From NCBI GenBank assembly GCA_963705165.1, contig CAVPJD010000014.1, forward strand, positions 35,573 through 99,572: 64,000 nucleotides of DNA, written 5' to 3'. Positions 20,995 to 31,010 of the stretch are shown here, piece after piece; position 1 is the stretch's first letter, and each line of letters starts with the position of its first letter. The translations under genes were made by a program, and so were the position numbers. Under the pieces are notes generated by a model, which did no database searches, had not been told where the DNA came from, and was given only the letters and a program-made list of their open reading frames with translations. This DNA is from an uncultured delta proteobacterium. Its GTDB lineage: Bacteria; Desulfobacterota; Syntrophia; Syntrophales; UBA2192.

Positions 20995-23227
20995 GGCCCT
21001 TCCCTTTCTCCACGAGTGGTATGCTGACCTTGACTGTCGTCCCCTGGCCTTTCTTGCCGGAGATCACGGCCTCGCCTCCCCAGTGGTAGGCCCGTTCCCG
21101 GATCCCCAGTAAACCATAGGAGTTCGGTTTTGCAAGCTGTTCCTGCGTGACGCCCCTGCCGTTGTCCCGGACGACGAGTTCGACCCGGTCGGGACTCTGC
21201 TTCAGGCTGACGGTCACACGGCCCGCCTCGGCATGGCGCGAGATGTTTGTGAACGTTTCCTGGACGATGCGGTAAATGGAAAAAGACATGTCCGCATCGA
21301 GTCGCAACTCCTCGGGTTCTATGGATACGGTGCACTTGATGCCGGTGCGCTTCTGAAAATCCTTGGCCAGCCAGTCGATGGCCACGGCAAGCCCCAGGTG
21401 ATCGAGCATGCCCGGACGGAGGGCCATGTAGATGCGCTTGACCGTCTCCATCGTCATCTCGACGAGGTGGATCGAGTCTTCGGCCTTCTTCGCAAGGTCC
21501 GTCTGCCTGGGCGGGATGCTGTTCATGAGAAGGACCAGATCGGTGTTGAGGGCCGTCAGCAGCTGCCCCAGCTCGTCATGCAGCTCCCGGGCGATGCGGG
21601 TGCGCTCCTTCTCCCGGGCCGACTCGAGATGGGCCGAGAGGTTGCGCAGCCGCTCCCGCGATTGCTCCACCTCCGTCTTGGCGCGCTTGAGGTCCGTGAT
21701 GTCCTGGTAGGTAATGACGATGTTTCCCTCCTTGAGGCTCTCGCCGATCCGGGAGGCGGTGATCATGCAATCCACGTCGGTGCCGTCCTTGCGCCGGCAC
21801 AGAAACTCCATTTGGAAGGTCCGCTGCTTCTCCAGGGCGGTATAGAGGATCCGGGCCATCTCCTCATAATCCAGGTCCGAACGGTAGATGACGCGGGTGC
21901 TCTTGCCGATGAGATCCAGGGCGTCCCAGCCGAACACGGATTGGACCCCGTCGTTGGCGAAGATGATCCGGCGGTCCTGCAGGCCGATGACGGCGTGCGG
22001 GATGGCCTCCAGGATGGAGGCTTCCAGGGCTTCCAGGGCCTCGAGGCGGTTGCGTGCCTCGGTCTGCTCGGTGATGTCCATGGAGTTTCCGAGGACGGCC
22101 CGGGATCCCTTGTAGGGGATGAAGGCCACCGTCTCCATGATCCACCGGATGCGCCCGTCCTTGGTGACGATGCGGAATTCATGGGGCGAGCTGCGCTTGC
22201 CGCGGAGCAACTCCCGGGCATGCTTGCGCACCTTGACCCGGTCCTCGGGGTGAACCAGGCCCATGGAGCTCATGCCCGCCAGTTCCTCGGGGCTGTAGCC
22301 CGCGTAGGCGGCGGCATGATGGTTGACGTACTGGAAGGTCCCGTCCTGGACGACGTAGACGCCGGCCTGGGCGCTCGAGGCAAAGAGCTTGTAGGATTCC
22401 TCGGCGCGCCTGCGGTCCGTGATGTCCTCGTAGGTGATGACGATCCGCTTCTCCTGGAGGGTATCGCCGATGCGGGAGGCGCTGATCAGGGCCTCGAAGG
22501 GGCTCCCGTCGCGGCGCCGGCAGGTGAACTCCAGGCTGAAAGTACGCTGGCGCTCCAGGTTCGAGTAGAGGACCTTGGCGATCTCCTTGAACCCTTCCTC
22601 GGTGGGGTAGAGCAGCCGGGTGGAGCGGCCGATGAGCTCGGAGGCCTTCCGGCCGAAGACGCTCTCGACGCCATTGTTGGCGAAGATGATCCGGCGGTTT
22701 TTCAGCCCGATCACGGCATGCGGGATGGCATCCAGAATCGATGCCTCGAGGGTCTCCAGCTCGGCCAGTTTGTTGCGGGCCTTGACCTGCCGGGTGACGT
22801 CCATGGAGTTCCCGAGAACGGCCCGTTGACGGCGGTAGTGGATGGGGGTGACCGTCTCGGCGATCCAGCGCAGATCCCCGTTCTTGCCGATCGTCATGAA
22901 TTCATAGGGGTGGGAGCGCTTCCCCTTCAGCATGGCGATCGCGTTTTTCCGCACCCTCTCGCGATCATCGGGGTGAACGAGGCTCATGGAGGCCATCCCG
23001 ATGAGCTCGTTGCGGTTGTAGCCCCAGTAGCGGGCGGCGTGCTCGTTCACGAACCGGAATTTCCCGTTCTGGAGCACATAGATGCCCGCACGGGACGTCC
23101 TCTCCAGGCTCCGGTAGAGGCCTTCCTCGAAGAGGCAGTCCGTCTCCGAGCGCTTCATCTCGTCGATCTGCTTGTGCAGATCCGCCAGTTCCGTAACGAG
23201 TTGTTCCCGCGATTTTACCCGGCCCAT
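20963..23227 (-). CDS. Soluble 4-PAS sensor histidine kinase (HisKA_3)
   Basis: Four PAS/PAC units, ERTRIARELHDELGQ H-box, YRIVQETFTNISRHA, DNGRG, GLLGIRER; no TM; overlaps regulator start. Confidence 0.95.
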   Translation of the reverse strand: MGRVKSREQLVTELADLHKQIDEMKRSETDCLFEEGLYRSLERTSRAGIYVLQNGKFRFVNEHAARYWGYNRNELIGMASMSLVHPDDRERVRKNAIAMLKGKRSHPYEFMTIGKNGDLRWIAETVTPIHYRRQRAVLGNSMDVTRQVKARNKLAELETLEASILDAIPHAVIGLKNRRIIFANNGVESVFGRKASELIGRSTRLLYPTEEGFKEIAKVLYSNLERQRTFSLEFTCRRRDGSPFEALISASRIGDTLQEKRIVITYEDITDRRRAEESYKLFASSAQAGVYVVQDGTFQYVNHHAAAYAGYSPEELAGMSSMGLVHPEDRVKVRKHARELLRGKRSSPHEFRIVTKDGRIRWIMETVAFIPYKGSRAVLGNSMDITEQTEARNRLEALEALEASILEAIPHAVIGLQDRRIIFANDGVQSVFGWDALDLIGKSTRVIYRSDLDYEEMARILYTALEKQRTFQMEFLCRRKDGTDVDCMITASRIGESLKEGNIVITYQDITDLKRAKTEVEQSRERLRNLSAHLESAREKERTRIARELHDELGQLLTALNTDLVLLMNSIPPRQTDLAKKAEDSIHLVEMTMETVKRIYMALRPGMLDHLGLAVAIDWLAKDFQKRTGIKCTVSIEPEELRLDADMSFSIYRIVQETFTNISRHAEAGRVTVSLKQSPDRVELVVRDNGRGVTQEQLAKPNSYGLLGIRERAYHWGGEAVISGKKGQGTTVKVSIPLVEKGKGHEKDSNPDRR

Positions 23228-23438
23228 GCCTGCTCCCCGGTTCAATGGGTGAAAACGGGTGGGACCAACAAACCCATGAACGATTTTCCGTTCGAAGGTT
23301 TAATACGATCCGCCCCGATTGTCAAACCATTCCCTGCCCGCAATGGGCGTCCCGGGCTGCGTCGTCGGAGGTTCCCGGAGTCTGTCGATCCGCGCCGCCG
23401 TGACCGGACCATGGGTCCAGCAACCCTTTCGGGGCTTT

Positions 23439-23552
23439 ATCAGACGATGTCTGATGGGCGATTGCGCCAATGTCTGAGAATCGATTCAAGGATTGTCTGA
23501 TCCCACTTTCAGACGGGCGCCGATTTGTTTCAAGACGCGGTTGAGTTAGGGT
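23439..23552 (+). promoter_or_regulatory. Operator array (GTCTGA half-sites) plus -10 TAGGGT
   Basis: Perfect ATCAGAC-GAT-GTCTGAT at 23439-23455; GTCTGA at 23449, 23472, 23495; TCAGAC at 23509; -10 at 23547. Confidence 0.75.
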
Positions 23553-23602
23553 AGCCCCGAAAGAAAAAAGAACAGGCCAACACCAGAGGAAAGGCAAAGA
23601 TC

Positions 23603-23743
23603 ATGACGGGCTGGCTGGCGATGAGAGCGAAAACGGAAATGAACCCCCAGGGGACCCTGATGGGCGAACGCGCCGCGAGGATCCCCGGTGACCCGGCGAG
23701 CCGTTCCTACTACAAGGACAAGGGAGCGGCCATCTTCCGCTAA
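23603..23743 (+). CDS. Putative 46-aa microprotein
   Basis: GAGGAAAGG upstream; MTGWLAMRAKTEMNPQGTLMGERAARIPGDPASRSYYKDKGAAIFR; first ORF after the predicted promoter. Confidence 0.5.
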   Translation: MTGWLAMRAKTEMNPQGTLMGERAARIPGDPASRSYYKDKGAAIFR

Positions 23744-23804
23744 AAACGGCAACCGCAGGCAGGTTGTCCCTTATAACGAGCGAACCCGAAGAGGGATCAT
23801 CATC

Positions 23805-23906
23805 ATGAAAAGCAAGGAAACGAAAAAGGACGCGAAGAAGGGCAAGGGGAAGAGGCTCTCCGGGAAGTACTGGTACGACCCGATGTGCGGTCCGATCCGG
23901 CCCTGA
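23805..23906 (+). CDS. 33-aa basic microprotein with WxDPMCGP motif (copy 2)
   Basis: GAGGGA RBS; MKSKETKKDAKKGKGKRLSGKYWYDPMCGPIRP. Confidence 0.8.
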   Translation: MKSKETKKDAKKGKGKRLSGKYWYDPMCGPIRP

Positions 23907-24087
23907 CAATAAGGAAAACGTCGATTCCTGGTCAGTCATGTCGTCTTCTGCAACACGTCACTGACTATCTCCTTGACATTCGTTTGCGGGCGGGGATCCG
24001 CCCCGCCCGTGAACGGATGGAGAAGGGAGGGCGGATCGGCAGGAGAAGAGAACGACTCGGGCTGTGGCGATCAAAGGGGAGCATCGG

Positions 24088-24225
24088 ATGGCGCATACGG
24101 CGAAGAACCCCGGGAAATACCGGATCAGCGAGGATGACTGGAACCGCTATGTCGATGCCGTCCGCCGGGAAACCGCACGGAGGCATCCTTCGAAACACCT
24201 GGAGCAGCAAAAGGATACTGAATAA
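24088..24225 (+). CDS. 45-aa microprotein with DWNxY motif (copy A)
   Basis: AAGGGGAG RBS; MAHTAKNPGKYRISEDDWNRYVDAVRRETARRHPSKHLEQQKDTE. Confidence 0.7.
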   Translation: MAHTAKNPGKYRISEDDWNRYVDAVRRETARRHPSKHLEQQKDTE

Positions 24226-24347
24226 TGACGAAAGTCAGCGCGAAACCCGCCAAGGCGGACAGGAAAGACTGGAACAAGTACCACCAGTACATGGACGAAC
24301 TGAAAAAGGAAACCGTGGAGTGCATCACTGAAAATCGGGTGCCCTGA
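24225..24347 (+). CDS. 40-aa microprotein with DWNxY motif (copy B)
   Basis: TAATG coupling to copy A; MTKVSAKPAKADRKDWNKYHQYMDELKKETVECITENRVP. Confidence 0.7.
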   Translation: MTKVSAKPAKADRKDWNKYHQYMDELKKETVECITENRVP

Positions 24348-24384
24348 TTTTCTCTCCCGTTCAGCAACGAGTCCTCAGCAGTAC

Positions 24385-24426
24385 AAAGAAACCCCCGCTG
24401 GCTCCCTCTACGGGGGTTTCTTTTTT
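24385..24426 (+). terminator. Intrinsic terminator after the microprotein cluster
   Basis: AAAGAAACCCCCG...CGGGGGTTTCTTTTTT. Confidence 0.8.
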
Positions 24427-24453
24427 GCGACGGAAGCGGCCCTGCAACGGGCG

Positions 24454-24485
24454 AAAAAAAGGCAGCGTCCAAGACGCTGCCTTTT
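24454..24485 (-). terminator. Intrinsic terminator of tRNA-Ala
   Basis: A7-GGCAGCGTC-CAA-GACGCTGCC-TTTT. Confidence 0.8.
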
Positions 24486-24493
24486 GTCTTTCC

Positions 24494-24570
<77 letters not shown>

Positions 24571-24672
24571 GTATCGGTGAAAAAGAGAACTCCGTTTAGC
24601 ATACGCATCTTGGCGTTGTCAATACAATTTTCTTGACTTTGAAGGCCCCGAAAGGATAATCAAAACTCACAC

Positions 24673-24760
24673 GCCGGAGTGGTGAAACTGGTAGACGCAG
24701 GGGACTCAAAATCCCCCTTCCCCTGGGGAAGTGTCGGTTCGATTCCGACCTCCGGCACCA
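24673..24760 (+). tRNA. tRNA-Leu (CAA)
   Basis: GCCGGAGTGGTGAAACTGGTAGAC...GGGGA-CT-CAA-AA-TCCCC, long variable arm, GGTTCGATTCC, CCA end; TTGACT/GATAAT promoter upstream. Confidence 0.97.
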
Positions 24761-24970
24761 ATGAAAATCAAGGGGTTCAGCCGTAACGGCTGAGCCCCTT
24801 TTGGTTCACCGTCAACGCGAAAGCACCCGGGTGGCATTCTTTCACCGTCTTGGTCTTGTTCACGACGAAGCCTCTCCAATTCTCCCTGTGCCCCTTCAGG
24901 CTTCCCCTGTGAAATTGAGATGTGAAAGTAAAGGTTGAAATACAAGACCTGATGCTATCTATTATACAAT

Positions 24971-26212
24971 ATGAAATTCGATGATTATCGCATTGCGGCT
25001 GAAATCAAGCAGAATTTGACGGCCATGGGCTTCAAGCGCCCGACCGATATCCAGTTCAAATCCATTCCGCCCATCCTGAAAGGGGAGGATGTGCTGGCCA
25101 TTGCGCAGACCGGCACCGGCAAGACAGCGGCCTTTGCGATACCGATTCTGAACATGCTGCACGAACAAAAATCATCCCGACGCACGCAGGGCATTCAATG
25201 CGTGGTGATGGTGCCCACCCGCGAACTCGCCCTGCAAATCACGGAAGTGTTCGAGACCATCGGCAAACACACCAAAGTAAAAACCCTCTGCGTGTTCGGC
25301 GGGGTGGAGCAGGATCCGCAAATTGCCGGGCTGGGAAAAGGCATCGATATCCTCGTCGCCACACCCGGCCGGATGTTCGACCTCGTGAGCCAGGGCCATA
25401 TTCACCTCGGCCGGGTGCAGATCCTGGTGCTCGACGAGGCCGATCACATGCTCGCTCTGGGGTTTATCAAGGATATCGAGGATCTGATCCGCTTTCTTCC
25501 CCGCAAACGGCAAACCCTGTTTTTTTCGGCCACGATCAACGACACGATTAAAAAATTAGCCTATTCGCTGGTTAAAAACGCGATTCGTATCCAGATTGCG
25601 CCCGATGACCCGGTCGCCAGAAATATCGTTCACTCGGTCGCCTTTATCGAAATGGATGACAAGCGGTTTTTCCTTGCCCGCTTCATCGAGGAAAATCCCG
25701 ATAGTAAAATATTAGTATTTGTCCGCACCAAAGTCCGGGCCGAACGGGTGAGTAAAGCCCTCGAACGCGCCGAAATCCAAAGCCTCACCATCCACGGCGA
25801 CAAAGACCAGCACGACCGTTTTGACGTGATGAAACAATTCCGCGAAGGGACGGTGAAAATTCTGATTGCCACCGACGTCAGTGCCCGGGGAATCGATATC
25901 CCTGACGTGGATCAAGTGGTGAATTATGACCTCCCCGATGTGGCCGAAAACTACGTCCACCGCGTGGGCCGCACCGGCCGCGGCGACAAGAAAGGCCAGG
26001 CGGTTTCTTTCTGCAGTCCGGAAGAAAAACCCATCCTCGACGAAATCGAGAGTTTTCTGGGTAAACCGATTACGGTGCTCTCCATCGGTAAAAACGAATA
26101 CCACGAAACCCTGATCCTCCAAAGTGAGCAACCCGATAAATGGAAAGCGTTGAGGGAGGAAATCGAGAAGGCGGAGAATTGGGGGAAGAAGAAAAAGAAG
26201 AGGAAAGGGTAG
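24971..26212 (+). CDS. DEAD-box RNA helicase (RhlE-like)
   Basis: AQTGTGKT, PTRELA, TPGR, DEAD, SAT, ARGID, HRVGRTGR. Confidence 0.96.
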   Translation: MKFDDYRIAAEIKQNLTAMGFKRPTDIQFKSIPPILKGEDVLAIAQTGTGKTAAFAIPILNMLHEQKSSRRTQGIQCVVMVPTRELALQITEVFETIGKHTKVKTLCVFGGVEQDPQIAGLGKGIDILVATPGRMFDLVSQGHIHLGRVQILVLDEADHMLALGFIKDIEDLIRFLPRKRQTLFFSATINDTIKKLAYSLVKNAIRIQIAPDDPVARNIVHSVAFIEMDDKRFFLARFIEENPDSKILVFVRTKVRAERVSKALERAEIQSLTIHGDKDQHDRFDVMKQFREGTVKILIATDVSARGIDIPDVDQVVNYDLPDVAENYVHRVGRTGRGDKKGQAVSFCSPEEKPILDEIESFLGKPITVLSIGKNEYHETLILQSEQPDKWKALREEIEKAENWGKKKKKRKG

Positions 26213-26256
26213 GCGTTTTTCCCCCGCCCGCATCGCCCGGATTGATTGTTTCCTTC

Positions 26257-27357
26257 CTATTTACGGCCCGGCAGCGCCCGGAGATGCTTCACGATCCCTT
26301 CCCCCATGGCAGCCGTTCCCACCAGGGTCTTGCCGTCCTGATGGATGTCGCGGGTCCTCAGGCCCTCTTTCAGAACGGACCGGACGGCCTCTTCGATCCG
26401 TTTACCCTCTGCCTCCATTCCGAAAGAAATGCGGAGCATCATGGCCGCCGACAGGATCATTCCCAGGGGGTTGGCCAGGTCCTGACCTGCAATATCGGGG
26501 GCCGAACCGTGGATCGGCTCATACAGCGCCGCACGCTCGCCGAGGCTGGCCGAAGGCAGCATGCCGATGGAACCGGTCAGCATGGAGGCCTCGTCGCTCA
26601 GGATGTCGCCGAACATGTTGGTCGTCACAATCACGTCGAACTGGGCCGGGTTGCGAATCAGTTGCATGGCGCAGTTGTCGACGTACATGTGGGAAAGCGA
26701 CACATCCGGGTACTCCTGTCCCGTTTCGGTCACCACGTCGCGCCACAGCTGGGTGCTCTCCAGCACGTTTGCCTTGTCCACGGAGCAGAGCTTGCGGCCA
26801 CGAGTCATCGCCAGATCGAATGCCACTTTGGCGATTCTCCGGATCTCCTGCTCCGTGTAAATAATGGTGTTCACACCGACCCTCTGGCCCTCCTCGATGC
26901 GGATACCGCGGGGATTTCCGAAGTAGGCATCGCCCGTGAGCTCCCGGACGATCAGGATGTCGATGTGTTGGACGATGTGGGTCTTCAAGGGCGAGGCCTC
27001 GATCAGATCGGCATGGGCGACGACGGGACGCAGATTCGCGAAGAGCCCCAGTTTCTCCCTGAGACCCAGCAGCGCACGTTCAGGCCTCAGTTCATAGGAA
27101 AGCGCTTCCCACTTCGGCCCGCCCACGGCCCCGAGCAGCACGGCATCGCTTGCCCGGGCAAGGGCGAGGCTTTCTGCCGGAAGAGGTATCCCGCATGCAT
27201 CCACGGCGGCCCCGCCGACAAGCCCCTCCTCGGTCTGGAAAGAGATGCCCGATGTTTCGGAGATCACCGCCAGACATTTCAGCGCTTCCCGAACGACCTC
27301 CGGACCGATCCCGTCGCCGGGAAATACGGCAATCCTGAACACTTTTTTGTCCATCAT
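26257..27357 (-). CDS. leuB: 3-isopropylmalate dehydrogenase
   Basis: [30 protein letters not shown]. Confidence 0.97.
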   Translation of the reverse strand: MMDKKVFRIAVFPGDGIGPEVVREALKCLAVISETSGISFQTEEGLVGGAAVDACGIPLPAESLALARASDAVLLGAVGGPKWEALSYELRPERALLGLREKLGLFANLRPVVAHADLIEASPLKTHIVQHIDILIVRELTGDAYFGNPRGIRIEEGQRVGVNTIIYTEQEIRRIAKVAFDLAMTRGRKLCSVDKANVLESTQLWRDVVTETGQEYPDVSLSHMYVDNCAMQLIRNPAQFDVIVTTNMFGDILSDEASMLTGSIGMLPSASLGERAALYEPIHGSAPDIAGQDLANPLGMILSAAMMLRISFGMEAEGKRIEEAVRSVLKEGLRTRDIHQDGKTLVGTAAMGEGIVKHLRALPGRK

Positions 27358-27866
27358 TTCCTTCCTTGTGCATGTTGTCTTTTCAGGACGATGTGCCGCA
27401 TCAGGCCGCCATCCCGGATGAGCTCCTGCATGAAGGGGGGTATGGGCTCGATGGAAAGCGGCTGAGCTTCGGAGCCTGCGATGAGGATCCTTCCCGCATC
27501 GCCATCCACCTCGATATGCTGCCCCCCGGAAACGCGGTCCCACAATTCAGCCGATTCGAAGATCGGAAGGCCCATGTTGAAGGCGTTGCGATAAAAGATC
27601 CGCGCGAAGCTCCGGGCAACGACACAGGCAATCCCGGCCGCCTGGATCGCGATGGGGGCGTGTTCCCGGGAAGAACCGCAGCCGAAGTTCTCACCGGCCA
27701 CGATGATATCGCCCGCGCCGACGTTCCCGGCGAATTGCGCATCGAGATCCTCCATGCAGTGACGCGCCAGCTCCGCGGGATCGGTCGTTGTCAGATGACG
27801 GGCCGGGATGATGGCATCCGTGTCGATATTGTCTCCGAACTTCCAGACCGTTCCTCTGAATTTCAT
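27354..27866 (-). CDS. leuD: 3-isopropylmalate dehydratase small subunit
   Basis: [30 protein letters not shown]. Confidence 0.96.
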   Translation of the reverse strand: MKFRGTVWKFGDNIDTDAIIPARHLTTTDPAELARHCMEDLDAQFAGNVGAGDIIVAGENFGCGSSREHAPIAIQAAGIACVVARSFARIFYRNAFNMGLPIFESAELWDRVSGGQHIEVDGDAGRILIAGSEAQPLSIEPIPPFMQELIRDGGLMRHIVLKRQHAQGRK

Positions 27867-27894
27867 GGTTGTTCTCCTTAGAAAGCTGAGCGGA

Positions 27895-29154
27895 TCAAAG
27901 TGAATCGGGGCCGGCGATCCGCCCCAGGACCGCCGAAGCGGCTGCAACGGCCGGGCTCGCGAGGTAGACCTCGCTTCCCCTGTGGCCCATTCGCCCGATG
28001 AAATTCCGGTTCGTCGTGGCCACGGCCCTCTCCCCGTCGGCCAGGATGCCCATGTAGCCGCCCAGGCAGGGGCCGCAGGTGGGGGGGCTGATCACCGCCT
28101 TGGCGTCAAGGAAGGTCTCGATGAGGCCCTCCTGCAGGGCCGCACGATAGATGGCCGGCGTGGCGGGAATGACGATCAGGCGAATAGAGGGAGCAGCCTC
28201 CCTTCCCTTGAGGATACCGGCGGCAACGCGCAGGTCCTCGATGCGCCCGTTGGTGCAGGATCCGATGACGACCTGATCGATCGGGATGTCGCCGACGGAA
28301 CTGATCCCCCTTGTGTTCGAGGGAAGATGGGGAAAAGCGACCTGGGGCTCGATCTCGCTCACGTCGATCTCCAGGGTGCTTGCATAGTGCGCATCGGGGT
28401 CGGAATCGTAGAATTTCCATTGACCTTTCGCCCTCTCCCGGACGTAGGCCTCCGTGATTTCGTCGGGGACGAAGATCCCGCTTTTTGCCCCGGCTTCGAT
28501 GACCATGTTGGCCATCGTGAAGCGATCCGCCATCCCGAGCCGGGCGACCGTCTCTCCGGTGAACTCCATGGCCCTGTAGCGCGCCCCGTCCACACCGATC
28601 CGGCCGATGATGTACAGGATCAGATCCTTTCCCGAGACCCACCTGCGAAGGCTCCCATGCAGGACGATCTTCATCGACTCGGGCACCTTGAACCAGGCCT
28701 GTCCCGTCAGCATGACCGCCGCCAGATCCGTGCTGCCCACCCCGGTGGCAAAGGCCCCCAGGGCCCCATAGGTGCAGGTGTGGCTGTCGGCGCCGATGAC
28801 CAGATCCCCGGGCAGCACCAGCCCCTGCTCGGGAAGGAGGGCATGTTCGATCCCGACGGTGCCCCCCTCGAAGGAGTGAGAGAGATCCTGCTGCCTGACG
28901 AAGTCTCGAAGGACCTTGCACTGGGTGGCCGATTGGATGTCCTTGTTCGGGGTGAAGTGATCGGGAACCAGGATCACCCGGTCCCGGTCAAACACCTCGG
29001 TCCCGCCCGCCTTCTGGAATTCCTCGATGGCAAGGGGGGCCGTAATGTCGTTCCCCAGGGCGACGTCCACCCTGGCATTGATCAGCATCCCGGCATGAAG
29101 CTCCTTGAGCTCCGTGTGATCGCGGAGGATCTTTTCCGTTATCGTCATTCCCAT
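27895..29154 (-). CDS. leuC: 3-isopropylmalate dehydratase large subunit
   Basis: [26 protein letters not shown]. Confidence 0.96.
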   Translation of the reverse strand: MGMTITEKILRDHTELKELHAGMLINARVDVALGNDITAPLAIEEFQKAGGTEVFDRDRVILVPDHFTPNKDIQSATQCKVLRDFVRQQDLSHSFEGGTVGIEHALLPEQGLVLPGDLVIGADSHTCTYGALGAFATGVGSTDLAAVMLTGQAWFKVPESMKIVLHGSLRRWVSGKDLILYIIGRIGVDGARYRAMEFTGETVARLGMADRFTMANMVIEAGAKSGIFVPDEITEAYVRERAKGQWKFYDSDPDAHYASTLEIDVSEIEPQVAFPHLPSNTRGISSVGDIPIDQVVIGSCTNGRIEDLRVAAGILKGREAAPSIRLIVIPATPAIYRAALQEGLIETFLDAKAVISPPTCGPCLGGYMGILADGERAVATTNRNFIGRMGHRGSEVYLASPAVAAASAVLGRIAGPDSL

Positions 29155-29192
29155 GGGTGTTTTACATCCTTTCTTGACGGCGATGCCCTGTT

Positions 29193-30737
29193 TTATTCCA
29201 TCTCGACCTTGCGCTTGCTGGATTTGACCCACTCGAGCCGGTTCAGGGCATTGATATAGGCCTTGGCGGACGCAACGATAATATCGGGGTGGGCACCCCG
29301 GCCAAAGACACGGTGCCCGTTATACTTGAGCTGAACCGTCACTTCCCCTTGCGCATCCGTTCCTCCCGTGATGGCATTGACGGCGAACCTCTCGAGATAG
29401 TAGTCGGTGCTCGTGATCTTGCGGATTGCGGCAAAGGTTGCATCCACGGGACCGACCCCGAAGCCCGCTTCCTGAATGAGCTTGCCGTCTATCTCCATCT
29501 GCATCGTCGCCGTGGGGACGGCCACATTCCCGCTGACCACGTTCAGATAGACCAGCTTGTACTTGTCTTCAGTCCGGAAGATCTCCTCATGGATGATGGC
29601 CTCCATATCCTCATCATAGATCTCTTTTTTCACGTCGGCAAGTTCCTTGAAGCGGACGAATACCCGGTCGAGATCTGCCCGACCGAGGCTGAACCCCATC
29701 TTCTTGAGGTGTTCCTGTACGGCGTGGCGGCCCGAGTGCTTCCCCATGACAAGATGCGACTCTGAATAGCCCACGGTTTCGGGCCTGATGATTTCATAAG
29801 TACCCTTGTCCTTGATCATGCCGTCCTGATGGATGCCGGACTCGTGAGCGAAGGCGTTGGCGCCGACGATGGCCTTGTTGGGCTGCACGGGAACGCCCGT
29901 GATCTGAGTCAACAGCCGGGAGGTCTGGTACAGGTGCCTGGTCTGGATGCCCGTGCGGTAATTCAGCAGGTCCTTCCGCGTCTCGATGGCCATGACCACC
30001 TCTTCCAGGGCTGTGTTGCCGGCCCTCTCGCCGATGCCGTTCATCGTGCACTCGATTTGCCGGACGCCGTGTTTCAGTCCGGCCAGCGAATTGGCGACGG
30101 CAACACCGAGGTCATTGTGACAGTGAACGGATACGATGACATCCTTGAGGCGTTGCACCTTGTCGAACAGATAAGCAATCAATGCACTGAATTCATCGGG
30201 CAGGGCATAACCCACGGTGTCCGGAATGTTGATCGTCGTGGCTCCCGCGGAGATCACCGCTTCCACAACATCGCAGAGGTAATCCCTGTCCGTCCTCGTG
30301 GCATCCATCGGGGAATATTCGATGTTGGTCGTGTAGCCCCGGGCATGAACGACGGCGGCCCTGGCTTCTTTCAGAGCCTGGTCTCGCGTCTTTTTCAGCT
30401 GATACTTCAGGTGAATGTCCGAGGAGGACAGGAAGGTATGAATGCGCGGGTTGGCCGCCTCCTTGATGGCCTGCCAGGCCCGGTCAATATCTTTCGGATT
30501 TGCCCGGGAAAGGCCCGCAATCTGGCAACCCCGGATCTCCCGGGCGATCTGCTGCACGGAGAGGAAATCCCCCTCGGAGGCAACGGGAAATCCCGCCTCG
30601 ATGATATCCACACCCAGTTTTTCCAGCTGTCTTGCGATGCGGAGTTTCTCCTCCAGGTTCATGCTGCACCCCGGCGACTGCTCGCCGTCTCTCAGTGTCG
30701 TGTCGAAGATCAGGATTCTGTCGCGCTTCTTTTTCAT
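29193..30737 (-). CDS. leuA: 2-isopropylmalate synthase
   Basis: [32 protein letters not shown]-terminal regulatory domain. Confidence 0.97.
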   Translation of the reverse strand: MKKKRDRILIFDTTLRDGEQSPGCSMNLEEKLRIARQLEKLGVDIIEAGFPVASEGDFLSVQQIAREIRGCQIAGLSRANPKDIDRAWQAIKEAANPRIHTFLSSSDIHLKYQLKKTRDQALKEARAAVVHARGYTTNIEYSPMDATRTDRDYLCDVVEAVISAGATTINIPDTVGYALPDEFSALIAYLFDKVQRLKDVIVSVHCHNDLGVAVANSLAGLKHGVRQIECTMNGIGERAGNTALEEVVMAIETRKDLLNYRTGIQTRHLYQTSRLLTQITGVPVQPNKAIVGANAFAHESGIHQDGMIKDKGTYEIIRPETVGYSESHLVMGKHSGRHAVQEHLKKMGFSLGRADLDRVFVRFKELADVKKEIYDEDMEAIIHEEIFRTEDKYKLVYLNVVSGNVAVPTATMQMEIDGKLIQEAGFGVGPVDATFAAIRKITSTDYYLERFAVNAITGGTDAQGEVTVQLKYNGHRVFGRGAHPDIIVASAKAYINALNRLEWVKSSKRKVEME

Positions 30738-30752
30738 GGTTTCCCCCTGTTG

Positions 30753-30791
30753 AAAAATAAAAAAAGGCCATGGGGTTTTGCCCATGGCCTT
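30753..30791 (-). terminator. leu attenuator terminator
   Basis: AAGGCCATGGG...CCCATGGCC hairpin plus T-tract just before the leuA RBS. Confidence 0.85.
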
Positions 30792-30816
30792 CAGGTGACT
30801 CCTTGTGATTGCTCTG

Positions 30817-30921
30817 TTACGGACTCCCTAAACCCGACGGGCGGCGATTATGGCTGGAAAGGCCCAGGAGGGCCAGGCCCAGAAGGGTAAGCAATTCGTT
30901 CGTCCCGTTTTTTCCAGTCAT
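30817..30921 (-). CDS. leu operon leader peptide
   Basis: MTGKNGTNELLTLLGLALLGLSSHNRRPSGLGSP, 8 Leu in 12 codons (alternative start 30933). Confidence 0.8.
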   Translation of the reverse strand: MTGKNGTNELLTLLGLALLGLSSHNRRPSGLGSP

Positions 30922-30964
30922 GATAAGGCCCATCGTTGTCACGCGATTCTTACTTGTAGGAAAC

Positions 30965-30993
30965 AAGGTACGGGGTATCTTTCTGTTTGTCAA
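30965..30993 (-). promoter_or_regulatory. Sigma-70 promoter of the leu operon
   Basis: TTGACA-17 nt-TACCTT. Confidence 0.75.
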
Positions 30994-31010
30994 GCATTTC
31001 CCCGTTCCAT

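Noticed and set aside
23931..23978. Third TCAGAC operator array before the DWNxY pair
   Set aside because: Only degenerate half-sites (TCAGTC, CACTGA-N8-TTGACA) and no -10 at the conserved distance
19975..24347. Complete RiPP biosynthetic cluster around the Trp/Cys peptides
   Set aside because: No radical SAM, YcaO, LanM, peptidase or exporter gene adjacent; kept only as an alternative hypothesis
24761..26212. Genomic island integrated at tRNA-Leu (the helicase region looks more AT-rich)
   Set aside because: No integrase and no duplicated tRNA 3-prime end seen in the window; composition was not computed
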